Shown here in pieces: positions 26,552 to 36,871 of a stretch of 64,000 nucleotides of DNA. The notes beneath the pieces were generated by a model that did no database searches, was not told the origin of the DNA, and saw only the letters and a program-made list of their open reading frames with translations. The translations under genes were made by a program, and so were the position numbers. The DNA comes from a virus: IMG/VR virus record IMGVR_UViG_3300042397_002774, positions 1-64,000 of that record, one strand, 5' to 3'. Every line of letters starts with the position of its first letter. Within the stretch, counting starts at the first letter, position 1.

Positions 26552-27145
26552 TTATAGGATTCCAAGCGCTTTCATATTTTCTATTTGATCATCTGAAAGT
26601 TGGAAATCGGGTTCCTCTACTTTGAATTTGTTAGTGGTGAAACTCTCAATTTTATCCACTTGATCAGGGGTAAACACGTCACCTATGAATAGAAAATAGC
26701 AATTGTAACATAACAGTTCTAAATTCTCTAAACGATAATTGCGTTTATTATTATCTTTAAAATTAAGTAACAACGGTATCTTGTAATCAGTTACTCGACG
26801 CTCACAGAATCCACAATTAGCACAATCCTCAGATATTTTATTTTCATAAATCAATCTATTCTTAATCTTTTCAGGATTAAAGTGAGATGGATCCATCTGT
26901 CCATTTAATATCTGTTCTAAAGCAGGTTCTTTTTTAACTCCAACTAAATGTTTTGGAATGCCTTTACCAGACTGGTTGAAGTGGGTATCAAATAGAGTTT
27001 TACCAGTTTCATCATCTTTGTAGAGCTTAGCATATGCTTTGTAATGAGTGTAAGAACAATCTAAGTAACGAGCAGCGGCTCTATTACTACGAGTGTGTCT
27101 CATAGCCCTTAAGATATCATCTTTTGAAAACGGTTTTGGTTTCAT
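26552..27145 (-). CDS. HTH plus degenerate HNH zinc-finger protein
   Basis: SNRAAARYL; CANCG...LENLELLCYNC; catalytic His positions replaced. Confidence 0.65.
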   Translation of the reverse strand: MKPKPFSKDDILRAMRHTRSNRAAARYLDCSYTHYKAYAKLYKDDETGKTLFDTHFNQSGKGIPKHLVGVKKEPALEQILNGQMDPSHFNPEKIKNRLIYENKISEDCANCGFCERRVTDYKIPLLLNFKDNNKRNYRLENLELLCYNCYFLFIGDVFTPDQVDKIESFTTNKFKVEEPDFQLSDDQIENMKALGIL

Positions 27146-27147
27146 AA

Positions 27148-27561
27148 CTATTTTTTCTTCTTTTCATTCCCATTTATAACTTGTAATAACATCCACAAAT
27201 CATCAGGATTTTGCAAAAGTATTTCGTTACCATTAGGATCAACTAAAACTTGTATATTCCCTTCAGGATCAATTCGATCATATAAATAGAAAAATATTAA
27301 TTCAGATGCTTCTTTTCCAAAATGTAATATAATTAAATTATCAATAGCCTCATAAAATATATCATCGTATTTAGTAAGATCTAATTGAAAATCACCACTT
27401 AATAGAAAAGATCTTGTGTTTGCTTGTTCTAGATTAATTATAATTTTATTAAATAATTCTCTAGTAGCATCAGCTTGTGTCTTTTTTCTTCTTGTAAGTG
27501 TTGTATCAGAACCTAAAATTAAATCTATTGATTTTTTTGCGTCATCAACATTTCCTTCCAT
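27148..27561 (-). CDS. hypothetical protein
   Basis: ORF. Confidence 0.65.
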   Translation of the reverse strand: MEGNVDDAKKSIDLILGSDTTLTRRKKTQADATRELFNKIIINLEQANTRSFLLSGDFQLDLTKYDDIFYEAIDNLIILHFGKEASELIFFYLYDRIDPEGNIQVLVDPNGNEILLQNPDDLWMLLQVINGNEKKKK

Positions 27562-27563
27562 AA

Positions 27564-27863
27564 CTAAATTTGTTTTATTAAATCCCTTATCTCAATACAT
27601 CTATCATAGTCTTCGTTTTCTACATAGTGCTCTAATAGATTTTCAAGAGTTGGTTGCCATTTCTCTTTTTCTAATTCCAAATATGAAGTTGTACCTGCAA
27701 TTTGAAATAAAGAAATTGATTTTTTCTTCTTTTTAATTCCGTCTTTTATAGCAAATATTGTTTCCTCTATAACTGCTTTTCTAATTGCAGGATGTGTACT
27801 TACTTGTTCATAGGTTGCCCCATCACCAAGTGATATTTTAAACACTGGAATTCTCCTTTTCAT
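27564..27863 (-). CDS. hypothetical protein with UVR-like motif
   Basis: YVENEDYDRCIEIRDLI. Confidence 0.65.
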   Translation of the reverse strand: MKRRIPVFKISLGDGATYEQVSTHPAIRKAVIEETIFAIKDGIKKKKKSISLFQIAGTTSYLELEKEKWQPTLENLLEHYVENEDYDRCIEIRDLIKQI

Positions 27864-27884
27864 ATTATTCCTTTTTAACAGTGA

Positions 27885-28229
27885 TTACTCAGCTGTAACT
27901 TCTTCTTCTGGCGCTGCAGGGGCTTCTGTTGGAACTTCCTCTGCTGGTTGTTCTTCAGGCATAATTGCCTTTTTAATCATCAATCGGATATCCTGAATAG
28001 GAATTAGAAAACCAATAACATTATCAAAAGGAACATCTGTGTCCATATTTGCAGTCATATTAAATTGTTGCAAGCCTTGGTTTAATTTTGATTGTAGCTT
28101 TTGAGTCATAGCAGCTTTATCATCACCCACTAATGTTTGAGGTAATGCAAATTGTACCTTAATACCCTTTTTTGTTGGGTTATGGTTTACATCTACTTTA
28201 AGTTTTGGTTTTATGTTTAAATCTGCCAT
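27885..28229 (-). CDS. hypothetical protein
   Basis: ATATTTAT upstream; acidic P/E tail. Confidence 0.65.
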   Translation of the reverse strand: MADLNIKPKLKVDVNHNPTKKGIKVQFALPQTLVGDDKAAMTQKLQSKLNQGLQQFNMTANMDTDVPFDNVIGFLIPIQDIRLMIKKAIMPEEQPAEEVPTEAPAAPEEEVTAE

Positions 28230-28256
28230 TATAATATGTTTACATATAAATATTAA

Positions 28257-28799
28257 TTATTCTATGATCTCATCAACAAGACCATATTTTTGTGCTGTTC
28301 TAACATCAAAATACCACTCCGCTTGCCTGTCTCTGTGAGGTTGTAATATTTTTGGTGTTAGTTTTGTTTTAGAAATCAGATAAGTATCACATAATTTATC
28401 AATACGTTCTGTTTCTTTTAATTCTTGTTTATGAAATGCTACTTTACCATTAATTTCATATGCCGCTTCGTGATACATAAATGTCGAATATTTACTCGCA
28501 ATTCTGTGATGTCCCGCAGCATATACTATTAAAGCCATTGACATTGCTGTACCATGGCATATAGTATGGATTGGAGTCTGCGAATTATCAATTACATCAA
28601 TTAAAGCCAATCCACTGAACACTTCCCCACCAAATGAATTAATAATGAGTTTAATTGGTTCTACTGTTTGCTTTTTAGCGTCTTCATTGTTAATCTCATA
28701 TATATCTTGTATAATTTGATTAACAGTTTCACACTCAATATCCCCCAATGTTATGATCCGACTTAATGGGTCTAATTTGGAACGACGCTCTCTTGACAT
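28257..28799 (-). CDS. clpP: ClpP-family protease
   Basis: INSFGG, AMSMA (Ser), MYHE (His), YGLVDEI. Confidence 0.88.
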   Translation of the reverse strand: MSRERRSKLDPLSRIITLGDIECETVNQIIQDIYEINNEDAKKQTVEPIKLIINSFGGEVFSGLALIDVIDNSQTPIHTICHGTAMSMALIVYAAGHHRIASKYSTFMYHEAAYEINGKVAFHKQELKETERIDKLCDTYLISKTKLTPKILQPHRDRQAEWYFDVRTAQKYGLVDEIIE

Positions 28800-28834
28800 A
28801 ATTTATAATTTTCTCTTATAAATATAAGTCCAAA

Positions 28835-29617
28835 TTATTGCTTAAACAAAGGAGGACAGTTAGAATTTGTTTTTCCGTCTCGGTACCCATAGAAACCCCA
28901 TTTATATTTAAAATATTCATGGCATTCCCTCTCAATTAATCCTTTCTGATATGTTACTTCAGGTTCTACTTTTCTAGTACCTACTGAAACAAAATGATAA
29001 AAGTGAGTATTATATGTTCTTTTCATCTCCATCCCCATCATTTCACATTTCATAAAAAATTCCCAATCAACAACCCAGGGACCAGGATATGTTTCGTCCC
29101 AACCCCCAACTTGAAGATATTTAGTTTTATTCATGAATATAGGAAGTGTTGATCCACAATCATCAGATTCTTTTCTATTAATTGTTTCAGTATATTCCCA
29201 GAATTTATTAATATCAAATTCTTCTACTGTTCCTAAAGGATGAATTACAAACTGTTGAAATATTCCTGGATTAGGTTCTATTTGGTTAGGAGCCCAAACA
29301 ATATTTGGATTGTATATTTCTTCTAATTTAACATCCCAACCTTTATCAAACACATTATCATCATTTACAATTAATATTTTGTCTGATGATGCATTGTATA
29401 CTCCGAAATTTGTTGCTGTATTCAATCCTCTATTTTCAGGTAAATTAAGTACATCAATGTATTTAGAATATTTATCTAATACCTCTTTATTAATGTCGTA
29501 GAAACCATCTACAACAACTATAATTTGGTTTTTATTTGTTTGTCCTTCAATTGCTGATTTTAGACATACATCTAAAGCATGGGGTTCTTTATATGTTGGG
29601 ATTATTACGGATACCAT
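28835..29617 (-). CDS. GT2 glycosyltransferase
   Basis: VSVIIPTY, VVVDG, NDDN, GGWDE. Confidence 0.88.
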   Translation of the reverse strand: MVSVIIPTYKEPHALDVCLKSAIEGQTNKNQIIVVVDGFYDINKEVLDKYSKYIDVLNLPENRGLNTATNFGVYNASSDKILIVNDDNVFDKGWDVKLEEIYNPNIVWAPNQIEPNPGIFQQFVIHPLGTVEEFDINKFWEYTETINRKESDDCGSTLPIFMNKTKYLQVGGWDETYPGPWVVDWEFFMKCEMMGMEMKRTYNTHFYHFVSVGTRKVEPEVTYQKGLIERECHEYFKYKWGFYGYRDGKTNSNCPPLFKQ

Positions 29618-30162
29618 CTTAATGAGTTATATGTTGATAATACCTTAGAAATATACGACTTTGTTTTTGCTTTACCAAAACATTCTACAGCAAAATACCC
29701 ATCAGCATCATATTTTTCAATTTGAAAACGTGTATCACCTATAGTTTCTCTATCAACTATAAAATTATGACTATCAACTCTATGTAAGGCTATATTGTCT
29801 CCATTTAGTCTAAAAGTTCCATTTTGGTTTTCTTGATCAAATGAAATAAAGTTTTCATTTAGGTCTTTAATATTATTCCATAAATCATAATGAATAACAG
29901 TATCATCATCATTTGAATAAACATACCCTTCATTTATAAGAGAAATAGCATAATTTCTTTGAGCATGACCTGCTATACTTCCTTCTTCTTGATAATTATG
30001 AAACTCACAATTTTCAGGTAAAATATATTCACTTAATATAGATAAATCAGGAGCATCTAATACAACTATCCATCTATAATTTTCTTTAGGAATATTAATA
30101 CTTTTACTTATTGTCATTAGGTTTTGAGGCCTAGAACATGGTGTTATAATATTTAAAAACAT
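29605..30162 (-). CDS. GT-A fold glycosyltransferase
   Basis: IITPCSR, GHAQRNYA, NDDD. Confidence 0.75.
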   Translation of the reverse strand: MFLNIITPCSRPQNLMTISKSINIPKENYRWIVVLDAPDLSILSEYILPENCEFHNYQEEGSIAGHAQRNYAISLINEGYVYSNDDDTVIHYDLWNNIKDLNENFISFDQENQNGTFRLNGDNIALHRVDSHNFIVDRETIGDTRFQIEKYDADGYFAVECFGKAKTKSYISKVLSTYNSLRWYP

Positions 30163-30164
30163 AA

Positions 30165-30722
30165 TTATATTCTTTTAATCCAACTAGTATCAGAAAATGT
30201 TTGATCTATTTTTAACATTTCATTTATTCCATCAATTACACCTTGATGATTTGGATGATAATCATGTCCTGCTATAAATCCTCCTTTTTTTACTAAAGGG
30301 AGATAGTTTTCAATATCTTTTTTTATTTGATCGTAAGTGTGGAGACCATCAATATAGATAAAATCAAATGATTGAGTTTTTAAATCTTCAATAGCATCAT
30401 CTGATAGTTTCTGGATGTGTTTTATATTATTTTTATCTTCTATATTTAATAAAAATTGTTCATGAACTACTGATAAAGAAACATGTTTGCAAGCCTCGTC
30501 ATTTGGATCATAATCATCTAAAAAAGGATCTATTGTAATGACCTCCTTAAAATGATCAGCAAATACTAAAGTAGATTCACCTAAATAAGATCCTATTTCA
30601 ACCATTTTCATTTTTTTGGTGGAGGATATTTCATTTATATACTCAATAAGATCATATAATCCCTGAAGCATTTCAGGTTCTGTTCTCATATATCTAAAAT
30701 TATTCATTCTTTTTATTTCCAT
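30165..30722 (-). CDS. class I SAM methyltransferase (Methyltransf_24-like)
   Basis: VEIGSYLGES, FIYIDGLHTY, GGFIAGHDY. Confidence 0.88.
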   Translation of the reverse strand: MEIKRMNNFRYMRTEPEMLQGLYDLIEYINEISSTKKMKMVEIGSYLGESTLVFADHFKEVITIDPFLDDYDPNDEACKHVSLSVVHEQFLLNIEDKNNIKHIQKLSDDAIEDLKTQSFDFIYIDGLHTYDQIKKDIENYLPLVKKGGFIAGHDYHPNHQGVIDGINEMLKIDQTFSDTSWIKRI

Positions 30723-31348
30723 TTTAATACATTGGTTATTTCCGTATGGGGAAATGTAGAACCATTAGTATAATTATTAAAATTATGGAGGATTCTTTGG
30801 GGGTATTTTGATATGTAATTCTTATCTTTTATAAACACGGCTACATAATCATACCAAATATCTCTTTCTTTATCACTAGTATATTGTTCTAATACACCAC
30901 AATCATATCCATTTCTAGTTCCCCAATTAGATAATGAGTGTGCACTATCTGGAAAGAATCTCCAGTAGTCCATAGGATATCTATGAAATGCTCCTATAGA
31001 TGGAGCATTAATATAAAGAATTCCTGTTGGTTTTAATATCCTTATTGCTTCTAAGAATGTTAACCAGAAGAATTCAATATGTTCAAAACATGATGAACTT
31101 ACAATAAAATCTACAGAATTATCTTCAATGGGAAATTTATAAGGATCTTCTAATATTATATCTACTCCAGGCATTTTTTCTAAATCTATTCCTATATACT
31201 TAGAACCTGGTGGGGCTAATGAGCGGATGTTAAATTCTCTGCCATTTCCTCCTATTTGAGATCCTATTTCAGTTATAATTGGGTTTGAAACTTGATTAAC
31301 ATAAGTCCCAAAAAATCTTCTAGCGTTAGCTTCGGCAGTGGCGTGCAT
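30713..31348 (-). CDS. class I SAM methyltransferase (Methyltransf_11-like)
   Basis: EIGS, SSSCFEH, RILKPTG, HRYPMDYWRF. Confidence 0.85.
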   Translation of the reverse strand: MHATAEANARRFFGTYVNQVSNPIITEIGSQIGGNGREFNIRSLAPPGSKYIGIDLEKMPGVDIILEDPYKFPIEDNSVDFIVSSSCFEHIEFFWLTFLEAIRILKPTGILYINAPSIGAFHRYPMDYWRFFPDSAHSLSNWGTRNGYDCGVLEQYTSDKERDIWYDYVAVFIKDKNYISKYPQRILHNFNNYTNGSTFPHTEITNVLKWK

Positions 31349-31353
31349 TAGTC

Positions 31354-31779
31354 TTATTTAAAATATTCAATATAATTTAAAGCCTCCATATATGTGCTTC
31401 CAAAGTGTTGAATTGTTTTCATATCTGCTTTGTGAGTAGCACCTTCAGGGAATTTTGCTTTTTCTTCTTCAGTAATAGGAGTAGCTTTAACTCCAGCCCA
31501 CTGCCAAACATTATCGGCTAAATCAACAAATACCATTCCTTTAGTTGGGTGGTTAATTGTTGAGGGATACCAATAGTATCCGTTTTCATCTAATTTTTTA
31601 ATGGCTCTATATAATTCAGGCAATACTGATTCTGTTTGTTCTAAATCAATTTTTTCAATATGTTGATCTGAATTTGAAGCAAATCCACATCCAAAGCAAT
31701 GCCATAATTTCTTTTGCTCTTGTTCTACTTCATAACAGAAGTCTGAACTACAAATAGGGCAAGTGATTAATTTATCCAT
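31354..31779 (-). CDS. zinc-ribbon hypothetical protein
   Basis: CPIC...CFGCG. Confidence 0.65.
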   Translation of the reverse strand: MDKLITCPICSSDFCYEVEQEQKKLWHCFGCGFASNSDQHIEKIDLEQTESVLPELYRAIKKLDENGYYWYPSTINHPTKGMVFVDLADNVWQWAGVKATPITEEEKAKFPEGATHKADMKTIQHFGSTYMEALNYIEYFK

Positions 31780-32066
31780 TATTTTTTTAATTTATTTGTT
31801 GTTGTTGTAACCCAATTCCCACCTAAATCTTCTGCGTTGTAATGAAGACCTTCGTTTCCATTCTGTCCTATAATATCCATTCTACGTTCTAATTCTTCTT
31901 CATTCCAGCTTTCTTGGTCATGACCTGAACAAGGGGGTGTTTTAGAGGTATCATTTACTTCTCCCAATTTTTCTTTCAATGTATCCCATTGTTTTGGAGT
32001 AAGATTATACTCATGTACACCTTCTGTAAATCCCTTTAACCAAATTACAAATTCTTTACTTGTCAT
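31779..32066 (-). CDS. hypothetical protein
   Basis: ORF. Confidence 0.6.
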   Translation of the reverse strand: MTSKEFVIWLKGFTEGVHEYNLTPKQWDTLKEKLGEVNDTSKTPPCSGHDQESWNEEELERRMDIIGQNGNEGLHYNAEDLGGNWVTTTTNKLKK

Positions 32067-33360
32067 CTTCAGCTTTATTTAAGGTTGGTAATGTTGTTTT
32101 GCTTAGCTTAGGAAGAGGAATTTCTTTAGTAAAATTAGCATCTAATATTTCAACTAATTTTTCACCCATTTTTTCTAAACTAAAATCATTTCGACAAATG
32201 TACGACTGTCTCTTTGCTTTTTCAACATATTCATCATAATCTGCATAAACTGCTTTCAATGCTAATGAGGCTTGGTTATAGTCTGGAGTAAACCATTTTG
32301 ATTCTGCTATCAACATGTTTTCAACAACAGCACTCTTATCTATTGGTTTTATTTCACCACCAACAAACACACTAAATTCTTTACTTAAGAAATCAGTATG
32401 TCCACTCCATCCACTAACAACAATTGGTTTTTGTGCTTGGGTGAATTCAATTAATGGTCTACCATATCCTTCACCTTTAGTTAAGCTTAACATTGCTTTT
32501 ACTTTAGAATGATTATACAAACCATTCATTTCATCGTCTGTTAATTCTCCATGAAGTAAATAAATGTTTGGTAAATCACCATCAACCATTGATTTAACTT
32601 CTTCTATCTTAGCAATCATTTGGTCTCTATCCATAATTGAATAATTACCACCATTTACTTTTAAAATAAGTCCCGGTTTGATTTTTCTATTTTTAAAGGT
32701 TTCAAGAAATGCTTTAATGGTTCCACCCATGTTTTTTCTATCTTCTCCAAAACTACCTTGTAACCAATGACCAACAACTAAAAAATTGAAATGCTCAGGA
32801 ATACTTTTTAATATATCATCTAAAGTTTCATCAACTTTATTTGTTTTTTTATAAATTTGAGTATCAACTCCTTCAAACAATACTTCTACTGGTGCTGTTG
32901 TTTCAATTATCCCAACCACTTCTTCAGGATTATCTTTTTTACGTTGTTCATATTTTGAATTTAAGAATACCTTTTTAGAATGATTACATGAAGTTAATAC
33001 TAAATCCATTCTATTACACCCTTCAATCCAAGTAGTAGCACATAAATCTGTTTCAATACCAGCAGTAATACCAATATTATATTTACCTACTTTTTGAAAT
33101 TCATTAGGTACTGTAATTTGGATCCAAATATCAGGAACATTTTCTAATTTATTATTACTTAGTTGGATACAATCAATAATTTTTTTATGATCAGGATTTG
33201 ATGGTTTTAGAAATCCAAATGGAGTACTACCCCATCTTTGTGATAGGATTTTAACTTCATATTTTTCTGAGTTGATAAGTGCTTTAACTACATCTCTCGA
33301 TCTTGCTCCATATCCACTAAATGTATCTATTGGGCAACTAATTGCTATAACTGGTTTCAT
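32056..33360 (-). CDS. GT-B (GT4-like) glycosyltransferase
   Basis: SGYG, EDRKN, GEGYGRPLIE. Confidence 0.85.
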   Translation of the reverse strand: MKPVIAISCPIDTFSGYGARSRDVVKALINSEKYEVKILSQRWGSTPFGFLKPSNPDHKKIIDCIQLSNNKLENVPDIWIQITVPNEFQKVGKYNIGITAGIETDLCATTWIEGCNRMDLVLTSCNHSKKVFLNSKYEQRKKDNPEEVVGIIETTAPVEVLFEGVDTQIYKKTNKVDETLDDILKSIPEHFNFLVVGHWLQGSFGEDRKNMGGTIKAFLETFKNRKIKPGLILKVNGGNYSIMDRDQMIAKIEEVKSMVDGDLPNIYLLHGELTDDEMNGLYNHSKVKAMLSLTKGEGYGRPLIEFTQAQKPIVVSGWSGHTDFLSKEFSVFVGGEIKPIDKSAVVENMLIAESKWFTPDYNQASLALKAVYADYDEYVEKAKRQSYICRNDFSLEKMGEKLVEILDANFTKEIPLPKLSKTTLPTLNKAEDDK

Positions 33361-33362
33361 AA

Positions 33363-34817
33363 CTATTCTGCTATTAAATAAGGATTATAATGTTGTGGTT
33401 GATCAGGGGTTTCAATAGGAATCAATTCATATGTGTATCTTGGAGTCCATTTTTTAAATGTTTCTTCAATACCATCTATAACATTTTTAGACATCAATCT
33501 AGCTGACATCATTGATTCATCTGATGTTACCCATTTGTAAGCTGCTTGGCCTCTTTCTTTAAAGTTTTGAGGTGTTATTGTTTTAAGACCATATACTACT
33601 GAAATTTGTTTAGCAATATCAAATGGTTCAGCTCTATCATCAAATATGTAAGGTGTTGGTTGAGAACCTACTAAACTTAAATTGTTTGGAAATACGGGGA
33701 ATGCCCACCCACCACAGTTTTTATATTTACCTCTATGGTTGGAACCAAACTCTTCAGTGAATTTAATCCACTCACCTTTTTCATCTTCAAATCTCATTTG
33801 GTCTTGCATTCCACCTGTTACTGTAGCTATAATAGGTTTACCACACATCATAGATTCAGTTAAACTTAAACCCCATCCTTCATTACTACTAGGTAACACA
33901 GTTGCATCACAAGCATTGTAAAGTAAATTCATTACTTGTGCTGGTTGTTTGCCTTGAGAGAAGATAATGTTTCCACCTTCTTTTCCAAAGATCATATCTC
34001 GCACTGCTTCTAAATCAGTACCATGCTCATCTTTTACATGAGTATGCATTACCAAACAAGTTTTACTTGCTTGTTCTTTGGTTAATTGAGAACGAAATTT
34101 ATTCCATGCTAACATTAAATCAGGTACTGATTTGCGTCTTATGTTTCTAGCATTATATAATAATGTAAAATCATATTTTTTATCACCAAACAATTGTTTT
34201 TTAAACTCTTGTAAAGCTAAATATTCAGGTTTATCTTCAGTGATAGGGAAGAAAATATTTTCATTTATTCCATGAGGAACATATTTAATTACTTTTTCTT
34301 CAGCTGCCTCCCCTAATACAACCCTATTAATGTTTTCTGTTTGTTTACTAATTGCTAGTAAAGCATCACATGACTCGTAGTATGATTTATTATACATTGG
34401 GTAAGGAATACTATCCCAAATGTTTAAATAAATAAGAGGCATTTGTTTTCTTATCTCATGCTCATTTTGAAATAACCAAATCCAATAACGAGGATCTGTA
34501 AAGATCATCATTGCATCTGGTTTTTCATTTTTGATGATTTGGCGTACAAATTCTATAGTGCCGTATCCTTTTACAGGATAAATAAATACACTAGAATCTT
34601 CAATACCAGCGTGTTCGTTAGTACTAGCACAGATATCTAATTTTTTACCTTCTTCAGGGTGATTTACACCACCTCCTAAATTGATCCAATTAAAATGATG
34701 AGCGGTACCCACTACTATTTCTCTAGCCATAGTGGATATACCGCTCGTCATTCTAATATCATCACAAAGTAATAGGATTTTCTTTCTATCCTCTTGTTTA
34801 ATATAACCTTCTTTCAT
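33363..34817 (-). CDS. GT-B (GT4-like) glycosyltransferase
   Basis: RNIRRK, NEGWGLSLTESMMCG. Confidence 0.85.
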   Translation of the reverse strand: MKEGYIKQEDRKKILLLCDDIRMTSGISTMAREIVVGTAHHFNWINLGGGVNHPEEGKKLDICASTNEHAGIEDSSVFIYPVKGYGTIEFVRQIIKNEKPDAMMIFTDPRYWIWLFQNEHEIRKQMPLIYLNIWDSIPYPMYNKSYYESCDALLAISKQTENINRVVLGEAAEEKVIKYVPHGINENIFFPITEDKPEYLALQEFKKQLFGDKKYDFTLLYNARNIRRKSVPDLMLAWNKFRSQLTKEQASKTCLVMHTHVKDEHGTDLEAVRDMIFGKEGGNIIFSQGKQPAQVMNLLYNACDATVLPSSNEGWGLSLTESMMCGKPIIATVTGGMQDQMRFEDEKGEWIKFTEEFGSNHRGKYKNCGGWAFPVFPNNLSLVGSQPTPYIFDDRAEPFDIAKQISVVYGLKTITPQNFKERGQAAYKWVTSDESMMSARLMSKNVIDGIEETFKKWTPRYTYELIPIETPDQPQHYNPYLIAE

Positions 34818-34824
34818 AACGTAG

Positions 34825-35019
34825 TTAGTCTTCTTTTTTCAGTTGTGTATTTAATTGGTTGTGTACCGTTTTACGGAAGTCTTCATCAGTTAAATATAAA
34901 TACATTGCACGCTCTGTTAATTTTTGAATGCTGAATTTATGTTTAACGCAGGCTATTTTGAATTCTTCAAATAACGATTCAGGCACCTTTACACTTGTTA
35001 ATTGCATTTTTTCTGCCAT
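34825..35019 (-). CDS. ribbon-helix-helix-like DNA-binding protein
   Basis: LTSVKVPESLFEEFK strand-helix-helix pattern. Confidence 0.6.
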   Translation of the reverse strand: MAEKMQLTSVKVPESLFEEFKIACVKHKFSIQKLTERAMYLYLTDEDFRKTVHNQLNTQLKKED

Positions 35020-35061
35020 AGTTTGTAGTTTTTATATATTCGGATATAAATATATAAATTT

Positions 35062-36003
35062 TTAAGAGGCTGCAACTTTGTCGCAAAGTTCTGGTTTATC
35101 GTTGTAAGGGCACCATTTGCATGCGCTTTCGCCTACATTTTTAAGATACGACTTTATTTGGGGTTTACCAAATTCATCAAAACAATCTTTAAGAAAACTA
35201 TTAAAATTATCTGTTGCTTGTTTTCGTTTTATTTTACCACTAGCTGGTTTAAATGATTGGACTCTTGGGGTTGGGTATTCTGATTGTTCCCAAATTTTTC
35301 GTTTGACAATGAAGTATTCGACTTCAATTTTCTCAATATCGACCCCAAATTGTTTTGAAAAGTACTCCTTGTATAATAACACTTGAGCAATTTTACTATC
35401 GTCTTTCTTTTCTCTGTCTCCCCATCCTCGTGTTGATGTTTTGATATCATATATATAAATTTTATCTAAATCTTCATCATACAGTACAAAGTCAATAAAT
35501 CCTTTTAAAAATACATTATTAGCAACATTTGTTAATATTGGTATTTCAATACCTAATAATTTTACTCGACGAATACTAAATAATATATTTCTGTTTTTCT
35601 TGATCCATTTCATTATAGCAACAGCATCCTCATAAAATTCTCCCATTTCTTGAGGTGTAGTAAAATGAGATCCCATTTTCTTATATTCCTTAGAATATAC
35701 TTCTGAAAATTTGGCTTGGAATAATTCTTCCAGATCCATTCTATCTGCTGCAGCTCCACTTACATTATACATCGTTTCAAGATACGATTGTATAGTTTCA
35801 TGAAATGCTGTTCCAAACACAGTATGAATACTAGCTTGATAGGGTTGTTTGTTTTCTACGTAAGTTAAATACCACTTATAAGGGCAAGATGCCCACATTG
35901 TGTATTGAGAATAAGATACAGTTTTGTGAAATGCAGGATTAACCTCAGGTTGTTGGTAGTTTTTTATCTTAAGTTCAACCTCAGTTAATTTTTTCTTTCC
36001 CAC
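35062..36003 (-). CDS. PD-(D/E)XK nuclease (RecB/Cas4-like)
   Basis: SYSQ..CP, FGTAFHE, GFIDF, DIKTS, CKWCPY. Confidence 0.85.
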   Translation of the reverse strand: MGKKKLTEVELKIKNYQQPEVNPAFHKTVSYSQYTMWASCPYKWYLTYVENKQPYQASIHTVFGTAFHETIQSYLETMYNVSGAAADRMDLEELFQAKFSEVYSKEYKKMGSHFTTPQEMGEFYEDAVAIMKWIKKNRNILFSIRRVKLLGIEIPILTNVANNVFLKGFIDFVLYDEDLDKIYIYDIKTSTRGWGDREKKDDSKIAQVLLYKEYFSKQFGVDIEKIEVEYFIVKRKIWEQSEYPTPRVQSFKPASGKIKRKQATDNFNSFLKDCFDEFGKPQIKSYLKNVGESACKWCPYNDKPELCDKVAAS

Positions 36004-36235
36004 TAATTTCTTGTTTAATTTTTTCTAAATACAAGATAGCATCCATATGCTCTTGTTTAGCGTGCTCAATCCACTCAAGTAAAGATAAATCAGTACGGTC
36101 TAAAGTAACACCATATTTTTTCTTCCCCATAATAGCTCTTGTTGTAAACTGAGTAATAATTGAACTTACAACTGAGTCTATTTGGTGTAATTCTCCATTC
36201 TCATCTTCGGTATAATAGTATTCTTTACTTTCCAT
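35981..36235 (-). CDS. MazG-like/all-alpha NTP pyrophosphatase-like small protein
   Basis: KKYGVTLDR...EHAKQEHMDAILYL. Confidence 0.5.
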   Translation of the reverse strand: MESKEYYYTEDENGELHQIDSVVSSIITQFTTRAIMGKKKYGVTLDRTDLSLLEWIEHAKQEHMDAILYLEKIKQEISGKEKIN

Positions 36236-36599
36236 TGATTTGTGATATTATATTATTTAATTCGTCTTTAGGAAGCATTGAAATATATTCTTTAGCTTCC
36301 TTTTTACTTACTTCGAAATACAATGATACTGCTTCTACTTCGCCAGCATCATAATCTTTCTTATTTTTAGGCTTAATATATTTAAGATACTTGTATTGTT
36401 TGGGAATAAGATCCTTATACAAATTGTATAGGTGTTCGCCCTTCATTTGCCAAGTATTCTTTTGAACAACATTAACTACTTCACAATAATCAGGATCCAT
36501 ACTGAGGAAACGATTAATCATCCAGTTGTTCCAACCTTCATCTCCTAAGTATGCTCCTTTATTAGTTGTAATATTTTTAATATGGTCAAATATATTCAT
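36225..36599 (-). CDS. clamp loader small subunit (gp62-like)
   Basis: WMINRFLSM, YLKYIK, AKEYI; near large subunit. Confidence 0.7.
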   Translation of the reverse strand: MNIFDHIKNITTNKGAYLGDEGWNNWMINRFLSMDPDYCEVVNVVQKNTWQMKGEHLYNLYKDLIPKQYKYLKYIKPKNKKDYDAGEVEAVSLYFEVSKKEAKEYISMLPKDELNNIISQINGK

Positions 36600-36868
36600 T
36601 AGTATTGTCTTGTATTTTGTAATACGTCATTCTTCAATTTATCCATACGACTTGTAAAATGGCTATATTGAGATTTGATTTGTTTATCTAAATTATCATT
36701 AATTGCTCTTTGAAGATTTTCTGATCGTTCAAGTAGGGAATTAGTGTCATAGATTTGTTGACCTAAATCATTTATCTGGTCTTGGAGTTTATCCATTCTT
36801 TTAGTACTATAGTATACTGTAACTGCATTGGCAATTGCTACTATAAGTAATGCTATTGATGTTATCAT
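36599..36868 (-). CDS. membrane-anchored coiled-coil protein
   Basis: N-terminal TM plus heptads. Confidence 0.55.
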   Translation of the reverse strand: MITSIALLIVAIANAVTVYYSTKRMDKLQDQINDLGQQIYDTNSLLERSENLQRAINDNLDKQIKSQYSHFTSRMDKLKNDVLQNTRQY

Positions 36869-36871
36869 AAT

